DNA of 63,428 nt, counting the filler, from Gonapodya sp. JEL0774 (Eukaryota), in the NCBI GenBank assembly GCA_027604505.1. It is 45 parts of 45 records of this genome, joined end to end, with 100 filler letters (N's around TTAATTAATTAA, not from the genome) between each part and the next. Parts side by side here need not be neighbours in the genome. Positions count along the whole stretch, not along the records: positions 21,271 to 22,585 come from JADIIX010003376.1; positions 22,686 to 23,999 come from JADIIX010003377.1; positions 24,100 to 25,413 come from JADIIX010003378.1; positions 25,514 to 26,826 come from JADIIX010003379.1; positions 26,927 to 28,239 come from JADIIX010003380.1; positions 28,340 to 29,652 come from JADIIX010003381.1; positions 29,753 to 31,065 come from JADIIX010003382.1; positions 31,166 to 32,477 come from JADIIX010003383.1; 37 more parts are not named here. One strand, written 5' to 3'. Made by a program: the position numbers and the translations under genes. Below the pieces are notes generated by a model. That model saw only the letters and a program-made list of their open reading frames with translations, had not been told where the DNA came from and did no database searches. This document shows, piece after piece, positions 21,271 through 32,577 of this stretch (its first letter is position 1; every line of letters begins with the position of its first letter).

Positions 21271-22353
21271 GGCTCCACGGCCCACACGCCCGGGCCGTGC
21301 TTCTGATCCCAACACCCGACGATGGCACATATGCCGAACGGCCTGACACTGCCGTAGAGGGTGTATGCTTGGACGTACTGAGCGAGCCTGTCGGCCAGGA
21401 CGCGGCCGGGGATGGGAGCCAGGTACTGGTCGCGGTAGGACTGGGCGTCGTCGCGGGCGCGGGAGGTGAGGTGGCGGGAGTCGGCGAGGAGGCCGGCGGT
21501 GGCCTGGAGGGTGGAGGGTGGGAGGGGAAGATGGGTGCGTGCGGGTTGTGGGGCGTGGTCCGGAGGGTTGGTTATGAAAAGGAGGGGGTTGCGAGTGAGA
21601 GCATGATGAGAAGATGTGTTCTGTCCAAGCTGTCCCTCCCTTCCCCCCAGTGAGAGCATGATGAGAAGATGTGTTCTGCCCAAGCTATCCCCCCCGCCTT
21701 TCCCGAGTCGACCAGGTGACGTCGGCGCCGAGCACCAAAATCAATTGAACACGCGACTCCTTCCTCTCATTCAACCAGCCCCGCATTCCAGACACACTTC
21801 CTAACAATCTCCAATTCCCTACTACTACTCACTATGCCGATATGTGTATCCACCGTCTGAGTCCGTTTGTTCGACCCAGGCACGAGCAGTTTGGATTGGA
21901 CGAGCTTCTCGGTGGCGAGGACGACGCCGTCCTTTGCCCGGATAGCCAGGGCAGTACTGGAAAAAGGGGGGCAATGAGAATGGAGAAGGGGAGAGTGGGG
22001 GGCGGACACGTGTGGGGGGGTTACCGCATGAATGTTGGAAAAGGCAATGGAAGGTTGCGTAAGATTTGCGGTGGTGTTGGTCGACCCAGCAACAGTGCCC
22101 GGCAACGCACCCGGAGATTTCTACCGCTTTGAGAGCGTATTCGATCTGGAATATGCGACCATCAGGAGAGTAGGTTGAGACAGAGAGGTCGTACTGGCGT
22201 GGAGGGGATTGGGGGTTGAGGAAGGGCGATGGAATTGGGAAGACAACAGGACAGAAAGGAGAGGAAACAGGGGAGTGAGGTGGAGGAATTCGAAATGAAA
22301 TTGAAAATGCAAGTTTGATGCAAAACACGCACTCCAGTTCCAATTGAAGACAT
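21271..22353 (-). CDS. PRE10: 20S proteasome alpha-7 subunit (PSMA3/Pre10), 3' truncated
   Basis: [32 protein letters not shown]...[24 protein letters not shown]...[15 protein letters not shown]. Confidence 0.97.
21594..21703. repeat. 55-bp tandem duplication inside a PRE10 intron
   Basis: AGTGAGAGCATGATGAGAAGATGTGTTCTG(T/C)CCAAGCT begins at 21594 and at 21649. Confidence 0.9.
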
Positions 22354-22518
22354 GGTCGGGACTGGGACTACAAATGTGTGTGGAGTTGGGTCAGAGAGGT
22401 GGTGGCCCCTGCACACTCTGCTTTGGTCAGATCCCATCCTCAACTAACTTTCTCCTTTGCCCAGTCCTTCCCATCAATCCATCCCATCTCTTTCTTGTTT
22501 CCCCCCCACCCACCCGCG

Positions 22519-22585
22519 ATGTCTCCCACCTCCGATCCTGCAATTCCCCCTTCTCTCTACGCACTCGTACACCATTTCCTCTTAT
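22519..22585 (+). CDS. Start of a gene with a LisH-like N-terminus (Srp40/NOLC1-like), divergent from PRE10
   Basis: MSPTSDPAIPPSLYALVHHFLL resembles the NOLC1 N-terminal LYPLVLGFL segment; only 22 codons are visible. Confidence 0.4.
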
Positions 22586-22685
22586 NNNNNNNNNNNNNNN
22601 NNNNNNNNNNNNNNNNNNNNNNNNNNNNNTTAATTAATTAANNNNNNNNNNNNNNNNNNNNNNNNNNNNNNNNNNNNNNNNNNNN

Positions 22686-23999
22686 AAGTCACGTCATCAA
22701 CGCAGCACTGGCAGAGATGTCAGGCGGAACACGGCTTCCAAAGCGGACGGTAATGTAGACAAAGCCAACGATGGGCCCGACAATGCTAGCATGGGCGACG
22801 ACGTCGATAGCGCCAACGATGGGCCCGAGGACGCGATCATGGACGACAATGTCGATAAAGCGAACGACGACAGATCCGACGATGCGAATATGGGCGACGC
22901 TGACGTCGATAAAGCGAATGACGACAAATCCGACGATGCGAATATGGGCGACGCCGACGTCGATAGCGCCAACGATGGGCTCGACGATGCAAGCATGGAC
23001 GACGATGCCGATGGTAATGACGTCGACTGGGATATTGGGTGCGAAGTTATTTCCAATACCTACCCCAGTAACTTCCCAGGTCTCCTAAAACTTGAAAATC
23101 AGAATTTATGGGGCAACTTGTGTTTCTTTTTATGTGTCGCAATTCATCGTACCCCGTCGTTGCTACGTACGGTCACAGCGACGGGGTTAGCTACGGATTA
23201 CGCTACTCTGAAGAAGAATGCACTTGAACTGCGAAGTGAATTTGCTCAGCATTTGGAAAAGGTCTACTCCGACAGGGACTCTGCTCGACGACTTATCGAC
23301 CCCGAATCCCAGGGAATACGACTCAAACTGGATATCAGACGGGCAGAAAACTTTTTTGCAACACCGATAACGATATGGGAACGCCTCCAGTGCGGTCGAG
23401 TATACAGGCTACGCGATGGTGACAGTATCAATGCTGCTTGTTTTCTGCGTGGTGGATCCACTGTGCAACCACACCTGCACATAGCCATCTCCAGAGAGGT
23501 GAGATGCAGTGGTAAAAGCAAAGCTCACTGTATGTACGTCAAAGATGCAGGCGCTATGCTGTCGCGCTCGGTGTATTTGCCGGATGAAAGGCTTGATCGG
23601 CACAACAAACGCGGCAAGAATATTGTCCAAGTAGTCAGACCATATCGCAGACTCGAATGTCAGCCGCAATCGGCTTCCGAGTGGGTCTACCTGAACCCCA
23701 ATCGGCCTCACGATATTACCAAGGCAATTGAATCGACTACGAAATCAGAAAATAGGAATGACCTTGTTATCCTCACGCATGGTTGCTCAGTAAGTCAATG
23801 GCGTTCCATGCAGACGGTCATCTCCAAGAACGACAAAAGGTTGGCGTCGTGTGCTGTCAAGGCATATGGTTCGTTTCTCATCAAGGCAACACCACCAAGT
23901 TCGTCTGTCATGCCTCATGCGGGCATTTTGGTAGTGGATATAGCCAAGGCATTTGTCGATCTCCAATCCGAAGGATTGCATAGAGATGGTGTGGATGAC
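22686..23999 (+). CDS. Intronless ORF open across the whole contig: Asp-rich repeats, OTU-like Cys/His domain and degenerate exonuclease-like domain (Polinton/Maverick pPolB-related)
   Basis: 438 uninterrupted codons; GNLCFFLCVAI (Cys at 23121), GIRLKLDIRRAENFFATPITIW, AHCMYVKD (His at 23526), LVILTHG, VKAYGSFL, ILVVDIAKAF. Confidence 0.6.
22752..23030 (+). repeat. Coding minisatellite, five units of 48 or 54 bp encoding VD(K/S)AND...M(G/D)D
   Basis: VDKANDGPDNASMGDD / VDSANDGPEDAIMDDN / VDKANDDRSDDANMGDAD / VDKANDDKSDDANMGDAD / VDSANDGLDDASMDDD. Confidence 0.92.
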
Positions 24000-24099
24000 N
24001 NNNNNNNNNNNNNNNNNNNNNNNNNNNNNNNNNNNNNNNNNNNTTAATTAATTAANNNNNNNNNNNNNNNNNNNNNNNNNNNNNNNNNNNNNNNNNNNN

Positions 24100-25413
24100 G
24101 GTGGTTCTGCCTGTGAACCGTTGCCCAACCGTCCTCCCGTCCCCTCAGGCGATCTCGAGTTCGCTCTACCAGTCGTTGAGCTTGACACAAAAGACGGCGC
24201 CTCTTCCGAAACCAGATTGCCAATATGTGACCGGTCCCCTGACCGACCAGTGGTTATAGACAAATTTTCACCAAAGCTTGGATCTTCAAATTGTACTTCA
24301 GTAAAAGAAGCTGATGAGATGTTTGACGGTGGAAGTCCCGAGGGGAAATTTGCTCTATTGGCCGACGGGCTGTGGTAATGATTCGGGGTAGGGTATGTTT
24401 GCGGGTTCGTGGCCGGCAGCTCCAAAGAGATGTCAGGTAGCTCGTGGAATACATGGTTGCGGTCCTGATGCGAAGGACTGTTATGCCTGTTGGGACTCTG
24501 ACTGCGGCGATCCGAACCGGCACCGGTGGGATGCCAACCGCCTGATCTCGAGCTCGTGCGTCTGACGGCCACATCACCGCCAGAGATTCCTCCAACTAGA
24601 GTCTCCGACGGACTATCATTAAAGCGAGAACCGTGTGCAGTTCCAGGACTAAAGATTGTGGGATTGCTATTGTCAGTGTCCTCGGGAAGACTGAACGAAG
24701 TGTCGAGCAGAAGAGAGAGGTCGGTGACACCTGCAGTGGGGATTGCAGGTGGCGTGAAGGATACCATTGATACAATGGACTTCGTGGGCCGGGTTCGCAT
24801 CCGGGTCGTTTCATTTAGCATTTATATGCATGAGGAGGACAATGGTCTACCGCTCACCTTTCGGAACTCCTCCAACTTCTCCGCTGCTCTCACGCACTCC
24901 TTGTACCTTTCTACCACTGCATTTTTGCTGGCTGCTAAGACTCGCTTTTCCTTCTCCTGCTTATCAAGCTTCTCCTTGAGCTCCTCCACTTGCCGCCTCA
25001 AACCTGACATCTCTGTCTCCAGTGCCAGCACGTGTTGCCGCTGACTTGTGGACACAGCTCGCCAATGAGAGATTTCGGAGGATAACGAGAGAGTTTTTGA
25101 GTCGTACGCGTCGGTCAGGAGGTCAATGGCTGCTCGAAGCTACATAATGTTCATTTGAAGCCACAATGGCCCGAAAAGGAATCAAAGAAACGTGTTCTTG
25201 AGTCATCAATAAGCTACAAATTCTTCTTCGAAACGATTGTTGTCCAAGCCTTCCAAATCATGCCAGAATTCATGATATGCCGAACAAGAAACTTTATAGG
25301 CGTCCACACCACAATTGTCCAGCACCAAAGGCAGTTCTGCACATCATCCCCTCCAGCACGATTGATTTTCGGCGTTCTGGCCTCTACTCACCTGTTTGTC
25401 GGGGTCCTTTTGC
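24100..25413 (-). CDS. Coiled-coil protein with Ser-rich disordered region, function unknown
   Basis: Spliced LRAAIDLLTDAY...LETEMSGLRRQVEELKEKLDK...EKLEEFRK|SIVSMV; heptad pattern and GT-AG introns. Confidence 0.6.
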
Positions 25414-26633
25414 NNNNNNNNNNNNNNNNNNNNNNNNNNNNNNNNNNNNNNNNNNNNTTAATTAATTAANNNNNNNNNNNNNNNNNNNNNNNNNNNNNNN
25501 NNNNNNNNNNNNNAACGCCCCCTCCAGCATTGCAGCGCCGAAATCTCGTTTTGCTGCCATCGTTACGAAACGTGAGCAGATTCATCTACAAGTACATTCT
25601 AGTAAGCAATGCTTCTGATCGTTTGAACGAGGATATCAACACTCCGGGGGCCGAGTCTGAGCATGACCACTGTATCCACAAGTACGAGGTACAAAAGAGG
25701 CTCTTTGAATTCCCCGCAAGCTAATCGCACTCCACAATACTTACTTCCAAACGTGCTTTCTCCGACGATCTGTGCTCGGTCGTGATCCTCGCCTGCACGT
25801 TGCAAATTCCCCGGTCCCTGGTTCCTCATTCGATCCAGTCCAAACCCCGCGAGTTCACCTGAAACGATGAAAGCACTCCACGACACCTCTAGTGGAGTAT
25901 GCTTCGCCTGCTTACTGCGACTGGCTCCCTGCGAAGGATTTGAGAAGACGCGAATGGATAATGGTTGGCCAGACCCGGGTGGTGCTAGTCCAGGTGAGAT
26001 AATATTTAGTCGGGTCCACATATTGCATGGCAACTCATTCTTTCACTTCGTCTAAACATAAACGGCGATCAGCTCCTAGCGCTCGATTCCAAGCATCTCC
26101 AGTACCTTCCCATCGCAGCCGCTGGGGCTCAGCCGAATCTCCAAACTCTGCGTATTCGCGTGATTCCCAGTTCATCAACGCCGGCGATACTCGCATAACA
26201 GAAGGAATTCCGAAAGAGGTGAGCTTCAGAGACCAAGACTTCCACCAAATGTACTTTAGTGTTCGCAGCCGTACTGACCGTGACAGTTTTCTGACTTTCT
26301 GTCGGCCGGCATCAATCAAGCATATCCACCCCACCAGCTTACCATTGCTGAAGGCCCCTTCCCCCAGACACTCTCATACTCTAATTGATCTCCCGACGTC
26401 GTTGTACCTGTTGCAGACTCACGGAACCGTATCATCGCCAAAGAGGACCTCCGCAAACATGCAGTCTCATGTGACTTCGGGTATGCATAAGGTAGACTAG
26501 CGTCACGGCCATTCCACGTAGAGCATCAGACCGGACTGCTCAAGTGGGAACTGAGCATCATATCTTAGCAATCTTTTTCATACTTGTAGCAACACAGTGT
26601 CCGTATTTGAATGGTTCATTACAAATCTGATGG

Positions 26634-26677
26634 CAATAGCTCGACTGTCGCAATAGCTCGAATGCCACAATAGCTCG
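26634..26677. repeat. Three CAATAGCTCG decamers with 17-bp period
   Basis: Exact copies start at 26634, 26651 and 26668. Confidence 0.9.
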
Positions 26678-27134
26678 GTGAGTCACAAATTCTGTTTCAC
26701 TTTGGATAGATTACTATATTTTTTGGGACAGAAGTGCTTCTCACAGTGATTGGGTCCGTCACACGAGCGGGCTTGCATGTGAATCACATGACACACAAGA
26801 GGACATTTTTCTCATATATGTAATGANNNNNNNNNNNNNNNNNNNNNNNNNNNNNNNNNNNNNNNNNNNNTTAATTAATTAANNNNNNNNNNNNNNNNNN
26901 NNNNNNNNNNNNNNNNNNNNNNNNNNACGTGCAATGTGCGTGCCAGTAGGACTGTGTACTTGACCTCCTTCACCGAAATACAAGAGCGATACCAAGGACG
27001 CGTGGACTAGGAGAAGCTACAGTCTGTCTCCAGAAATGATATTACATTCAAAATGTGTCTCGATAATAAACATTCAACCGCTTATGGAGTGGAAGTACCG
27101 CCAGACAAAGGTCAATCAATCTCAACGTAGCGAA

Positions 27135-28239
27135 TCATGCGACAACTTTCTCCACGGCAGCAAGGAATCGCTTGATACCCTCCGCTGTCTCCTCTTCGGA
27201 AATCGTAAGAGCAGGTACGAGGCGCATGGTCTCGTACACTGAGGTTGTGAGAATGAGTAGGTCCCTTATACCCAATTCCGCAAAGATGAGCTTCAATGTA
27301 TATGCCGGCAACTCTGGATTAACACTCACTTCTTCAAGGCCTCCTTCTGAATCTCCCCAACAATACTTTTGCCAGCCTTCTTCATCGCGTCCACACCTTC
27401 ACCGTAAAACTCAACCCCAACCATTAGCCCCCGTCCTCGGACGTCCACGCTGATATCTTTACCGGCCATGATACGCGGGAGTTCTGCGTTCAAGAGAGTG
27501 GCAATCTGGGCGCCGCGGGCTTCAGCGTTGGCGAGAATCGGGGTGGTGTGGAAAAGGGAAAGCGTGGCGGAGGCGGCAGCCATGGCGACGGGGTTACCAA
27601 TGTAGGTTCCACCCTGGAATATATATGTTTCATGTTTCATCCGATGGGCTGGGGTTCGGCATCGCAAGAGCACCCCTCTGACAATATCTCACCATTGACC
27701 CGGATGGGCACTTGTCCATGATCTCTTTCTTGGACACCAAACCACTCAAGGGGTATCCGCTCGCGATACCCTTTGCAAAGACCAAAATATCTGGCGTGAT
27801 TCCGGCGTGTTCAAACGCCCACGTCTTGCCCGTGCGTCCCATACCGCACTGAACCTCGTCCACAATGAGCAAAATGCCGTACTTCTTTGTCAGCTCCCGC
27901 AAACCCTTCAGGAAAGCGTTAGAGGCCGGGATGTATCCGCCCTCGCCCAGAATCGGCTCGAGAAGAACGGCAGCGACTTCGGACGGGGATGTGACGGTTT
28001 TGAGGAGGAGTTCGAGTTGCTCTAATGCCGGCTCGGCGCAGGCGGTGCAGGTGGATGGGGAGCACGTGGTGACTGAGCCTGTGGCAGGTGATTCCGGGCA
28101 TTGGCCTGGGCGGCAGAAGGAACGGTACGGGTGTTGCGCCATGACGACTCCTGGCATGAGCGGGCCGAAGTTGGCGCGGTAGACGTTCTTGGAGGTGGTA
28201 AGAGAGAGGGTGCCAATGGTACGACCGTGGAAACTATCA
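27135..28239 (-). CDS. Class-III PLP aminotransferase (GabT-like), 5' truncated
   Basis: SFHGRT, EPILGEGGY, LLIVDEVQCGMGRTG, PDILVFAKGIASGYPLS (PLP Lys), GGTYIGNPVA, VRGRGLMVGVEF. Confidence 0.93.
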
Positions 28240-28339
28240 NNNNNNNNNNNNNNNNNNNNNNNNNNNNNNNNNNNNNNNNNNNNTTAATTAATTAANNNNN
28301 NNNNNNNNNNNNNNNNNNNNNNNNNNNNNNNNNNNNNNN

Positions 28340-29095
28340 TGCTGCACATAGGGTGATCGAACTGTGTTCAAGGGAGGGGCAGTGATGGGAGTGTTCGGGA
28401 TTCCAAAAGTGAGTGCCGGCAGGACAGAAGGAGGAACAGGTCGTAATGCAGACTTGAAGGACGGAGAGAAAACTGGTATGCGTAGGGGTTGCCCCGTTCT
28501 CCGGAGGTGTTCTGTGAGGTAAGGGTTCGGATTCACAATGGATTCCAGCGCAGTAGGAGGAACATCCTCGATGGCAATTCCTGATTGCTGCTGAAGCAGC
28601 ACTGGCAGGATAGGATCAGAGCGCAGTTTATGGCGTAAGTAAAGGTGATTTTGATCGAATGCGGAAGGGTTGGGAGAAAGGATACTCTGGTGAGCGCGCA
28701 CGAAGGACGAGGGGTGATGGTGTTGGGCAGGTGGTTCTTGAAGCAATCAGGTCTCAGACTTCCAAACGGTCCGCGGTAGGTCTCTGTGACATGTACCTGG
28801 AAATGGCGGGCCCACCTTTAATCAAGATCCTCCTCGGGTTCCCATTAGCTCTGGCTCCTGCAAGTTCAACATCGGGCGAGCCATTGGTCACCAGTGGATT
28901 TAACGCCGTTTGCGAGTTGATCCATGCGTCTTCTCGCTTCCTTTTCGAGCCACCAGACGACGGGGGACGGTTGTCGGATTGGGGTTGGAGTGGATCCTTG
29001 GTAATGTGGGCCAACAAGTTTGCACCAGATCCAGCATCAACCGAAGAGACTGGCTCGTCATGGGCTGGTGCTGATTTCCTACTCCAGAACGGCAT
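28340..29095 (-). CDS. Hypothetical protein, N-terminal fragment
   Basis: ATG-initiated ORF MPFWSRKSAP... followed by a second long ORF; no domain recognised. Confidence 0.4.
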
Positions 29096-29752
29096 TTGGT
29101 ACGGTGTATCTCGGATTTCGGCGTCGGAGTGCTACTAGCGAAGAATGCGAAAACCAGCAGCTTCGCCGATCGCAAACCCGCGGGATCTCTAAATTCCACC
29201 CCTTGCCAGGCGAAACTTGCATTAAGAGCCACCGATTCATTGTTCCGATTCGTTTATTCTAGGTAACTGGGGAAGAAACTGACAAAAGTGCAAAGCAATG
29301 AAGTACACATCATAATTATGTTACTGTGACAAGGTAGTTCCGATTCCGCTCCCGTACCAGGTCAATCAACTCAAGAAATTCCATTGCGACTGTCATTTGC
29401 CAGAGATACCAAAAACGGCGATCCTCTCACAATCGTGAATCGGCACGGTGTACCGTCGTGATCGAAATATGCGGTAAGGGCTGCTTGGACGGATACTGCC
29501 ACACTAAAAGGAAGAGACGTGAATGTGAAGCGAAGCGGGGAATGGGACATACACTAAGAAGTTCGCGTATGGAATCACCTCGTGGGTACCCTCAACCAGG
29601 CTTCCCCATCGGACTCAATGAACTTGACGATGTCGATAGGCAAACCACTTCCNNNNNNNNNNNNNNNNNNNNNNNNNNNNNNNNNNNNNNNNNNNNTTAA
29701 TTAATTAANNNNNNNNNNNNNNNNNNNNNNNNNNNNNNNNNNNNNNNNNNNN

Positions 29753-29920
29753 CTCGGTGCCACAGGCTGCAAGATCATGACCACACTGTTGTACGAGCTT
29801 GAGCGTCGGGGCGGCAAATACGGTCTGCAGGCGATTTGCGAGGGAGGGGGCACTGCGAATGCGACGATTATCGAGAGGATACCGGCGGAAGAGGGGGGGA
29901 AGTTGGTGGCGAAGCTGTAG
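29753..29920 (+). CDS. Thiolase C-terminus with PTS1 (-AKL)
   Basis: LGATGCKIMTTLLYELERRGGKYGLQAICEGGGTANATIIE...AKL*: CxGGG catalytic motif and peroxisomal tripeptide. Confidence 0.92.
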   Translation, partial: LGATGCKIMTTLLYELERRGGKYGLQAICEGGGTANATIIERIPAEEGGKLVAKL

Positions 29921-30481
29921 GCGCTTGGGTGGGAAGGTTGGAACGAAGGGGAAGGGAACGTAGTTTGATGTGTGTGTGTTTCCATGTATCATGTGGGAAA
30001 TAAAACAAGCCGTGATGCGTTTTTGTATGTGTTTTCTGGGCGGGGTGGAGATGGCGTGGTTGGTGCTTGGCGTCGATCACTTTTACAGGTCTGCACTTGG
30101 CCGATCACGGTTGCATCTCGCCAAGTTCAGATCCAGCACTCTCTCCACCTCTGCCAGACAAAACGGCCGAAAGAAAGTATTTACCACGCAAAAACAGTTT
30201 GGTCAGTTGTTCAGGGGTGGTGGCGCGTCAATGTTGGGGTGTTGCGGGGTGGATGGGGACCATGACGGGCACTTTGGAAACCCCGTGTAGATGCAGTGAA
30301 GATGCCTTCCATGGTGGGCAGGATGCGGGGGGTCCTGCCAAGGTGCGTAAATATCACTGAGATCTGATGGCGTTCGCAGTGCAACTTTCCACTTCGCCGA
30401 TCCTACTCTGGCGAGCAAACCGGTCGTAGCTCGAACAACCGATCCTAAATCCACTGTATCCCGCCCGACTATTGGAGCAAA

Positions 30482-31065
30482 ATGACACAAAAAAGAACTC
30501 TCGACGATCTCGGTGAGACAGCGTGACCTTTTAGTGTGATCCACCCTAGTCCGTGGGCACCGTTCACACACACGCCCATTCCCCACCTCAAAGACAACCT
30601 CCTCGCCCAACTCGCAGTCCAAGCCGCCGGGGACGATTCGAGTGGCACAGACGCACCTTCGTACGCGGCCGCATCACCGCCGCCGGGTGGTCCGTCTGTG
30701 ATGGCACAGGTGGATTCGGAGGGGATGATCTCCGGCGGTACGAGCGGGGTGAAGCCTGTTGGTGGACGAGATAGAGGTGGAGGAGGGGGGGACCAGCTGC
30801 AGAACTTGCCGGCGTTGCCGGGGTGGCAGGGGGAGGGGCAGGGACAGGGGAGGGCAGGGAGCGTGGGAAGGACGGGAATGGTGCAAGGGCAGGAGCAGGA
30901 ACGGAACCCATCCTCAGCGGCAAGTTCCACCGGTGCGTTCAGGAGCGGCAACGGTGGCGGCGGTGCTCTCAGCCGCGTCCCCGGCGCCGTCGCGAGCCCC
31001 TTCGCCCCCTCCACACCCGCATCGTACCCCGTGGACTCTAAGCTCTGCTCCACATGCGGCACCCC
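30482..31065 (+). CDS. Probable GATA-type zinc-finger protein, N-terminal fragment
   Basis: MTQKRTLDDL|DNLLAQLAVQAA, Gly/Ser-rich linker, ending at the contig edge in LCSTCGT (first half of a CxxC finger). Confidence 0.45.
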
Positions 31066-31165
31066 NNNNNNNNNNNNNNNNNNNNNNNNNNNNNNNNNNN
31101 NNNNNNNNNTTAATTAATTAANNNNNNNNNNNNNNNNNNNNNNNNNNNNNNNNNNNNNNNNNNNN

Positions 31166-31651
31166 CGATGCTGCGGCGACTAGAAAAAAGGGTAAGTCGC
31201 TTGAGTACACGGTTCATTGAATTCACCTCACGCGCCGGAGGCTATGATGTAGATATTCGTTGATCTTCCTTCCCAAGAGGCTCGAAGAGCTATGTTCGCC
31301 CAGCATCTCTCTCCATCCGCCCGTGACGGGTTCGGAAACCCCATTTCATCCTCGGAGCTTGACTTTGACACTCTTGCTGCCCGAACACAAGGGTATACCG
31401 GCGCCGACATCAAGCTTGTGAGCAAAGAATCCGCTATGCGACCCGTGAGAGAGTTGATGCGGACATTGGAGACCCAAGTCAACGATGTCTACCAGACGTC
31501 GGATGCGGGAACAGGTGTTCGATCCGTTTTGGTGCGTCGAGTGGTGGAGAACAGAGACGTCGAAGAGGCGATCGAAAGAACTCGTCCGTCTTGCGATAAG
31601 TCACTCGCGGATAGGTACATGCAGTGGACAAAGGATTTTGGCTCCGTATAA
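31166..31651 (+). CDS. KATNAL2: Katanin p60-like 2 AAA ATPase, C-terminus
   Basis: MLRRLEKR|IFVDLPSQEARRAMF, GYTGADIKLVSKESAMRPVR, YMQWTKDFGSV*; the MLRRLEKR and DIKLV variants point to KATNAL2. Confidence 0.75.
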
Positions 31652-31905
31652 ACCTCGTAATTTTGTTGGTCGATTTATCGCGGTGTGAATAGGTGGAGAT
31701 GCGGCCTGTGGCCTATCACAAAACTGACTACATAAATCTATAATCTCTTTGGCAACTCTTCAAGACCACAGCTGCAGTATCTGACCGAATTGAGGGTCCA
31801 AAACAGCCTTGAGATTGCGAGGGACCAGCATCGCCCTGAATTTCCTTGCTGTCTCCCCCATCCGACGTCTTTTTGCGGAAATTTGCTCCCAGATCACACA
31901 TCGGA

Positions 31906-32477
31906 ATGATCTCGATTCCAACGGGCGACAAAGCACCAGAACTTGCTGACTGTCTCGTGATCGGAGCGGGTATCGGGGGACTCTATGCCTCGTATGAGCT
32001 AGCTTCAGAGTGGAATGCAAATTATGGCGACATTTCAACCAGCCGACCCGATGGAACTGATTCGGGTCGGAAGCGCATAGTCATCTTGGAGAAAAGCGAG
32101 CGCGTGGGAGGGCGTACTTTTGATATCAATGCAAACGATTTTTTGTCACAAGGCGGCAATATCGAGCGTGGTGGATTGGGAGCATGGCGGTTTCGCCCCT
32201 CGGCACATACAAGGCTTACTGCTCTTATCGAAAAATTTGGACTGGAGACCAGGCCGTGGGAAGTCAAGAACAAACTGTATGAGGCTCGTGGTGTGGTCAC
32301 TTCCGACCTGGAGGAACTGAAAACCCGTGCATTTCCACTGTTGGAAGCCGATTCTAGAACCAAGAACAAGACAGCCAAAAGTCTACTCGAAGAAATCAGA
32401 CAAGGACTGATAGCTGCAGTGCGAGGCCAGTCAGGAGATACTCCGTCGTACCTAAGTCTGTACGACTATGTACTCTC
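31906..32477 (+). CDS. Flavin-dependent amine / L-amino-acid oxidase family, N-terminal fragment
   Basis: VIGAGIGGL (Rossmann), ILEKSERVGGRT (GG motif), LGAWRF. Confidence 0.85.
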
Positions 32478-32577
32478 NNNNNNNNNNNNNNNNNNNNNNN
32501 NNNNNNNNNNNNNNNNNNNNNTTAATTAATTAANNNNNNNNNNNNNNNNNNNNNNNNNNNNNNNNNNNNNNNNNNNN

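Noticed and set aside
21594..21703. Box C/D snoRNA (ATGATGA) in the PRE10 intron
   Set aside because: The motif is antisense to the host transcript, no properly placed CTGA D box follows, and it is explained by a tandem duplication.
26593..26748. Two CACAGTG heptamers (Transib/RSS-like)
   Set aside because: Same orientation, no nonamer, no transposase; compatible with chance.
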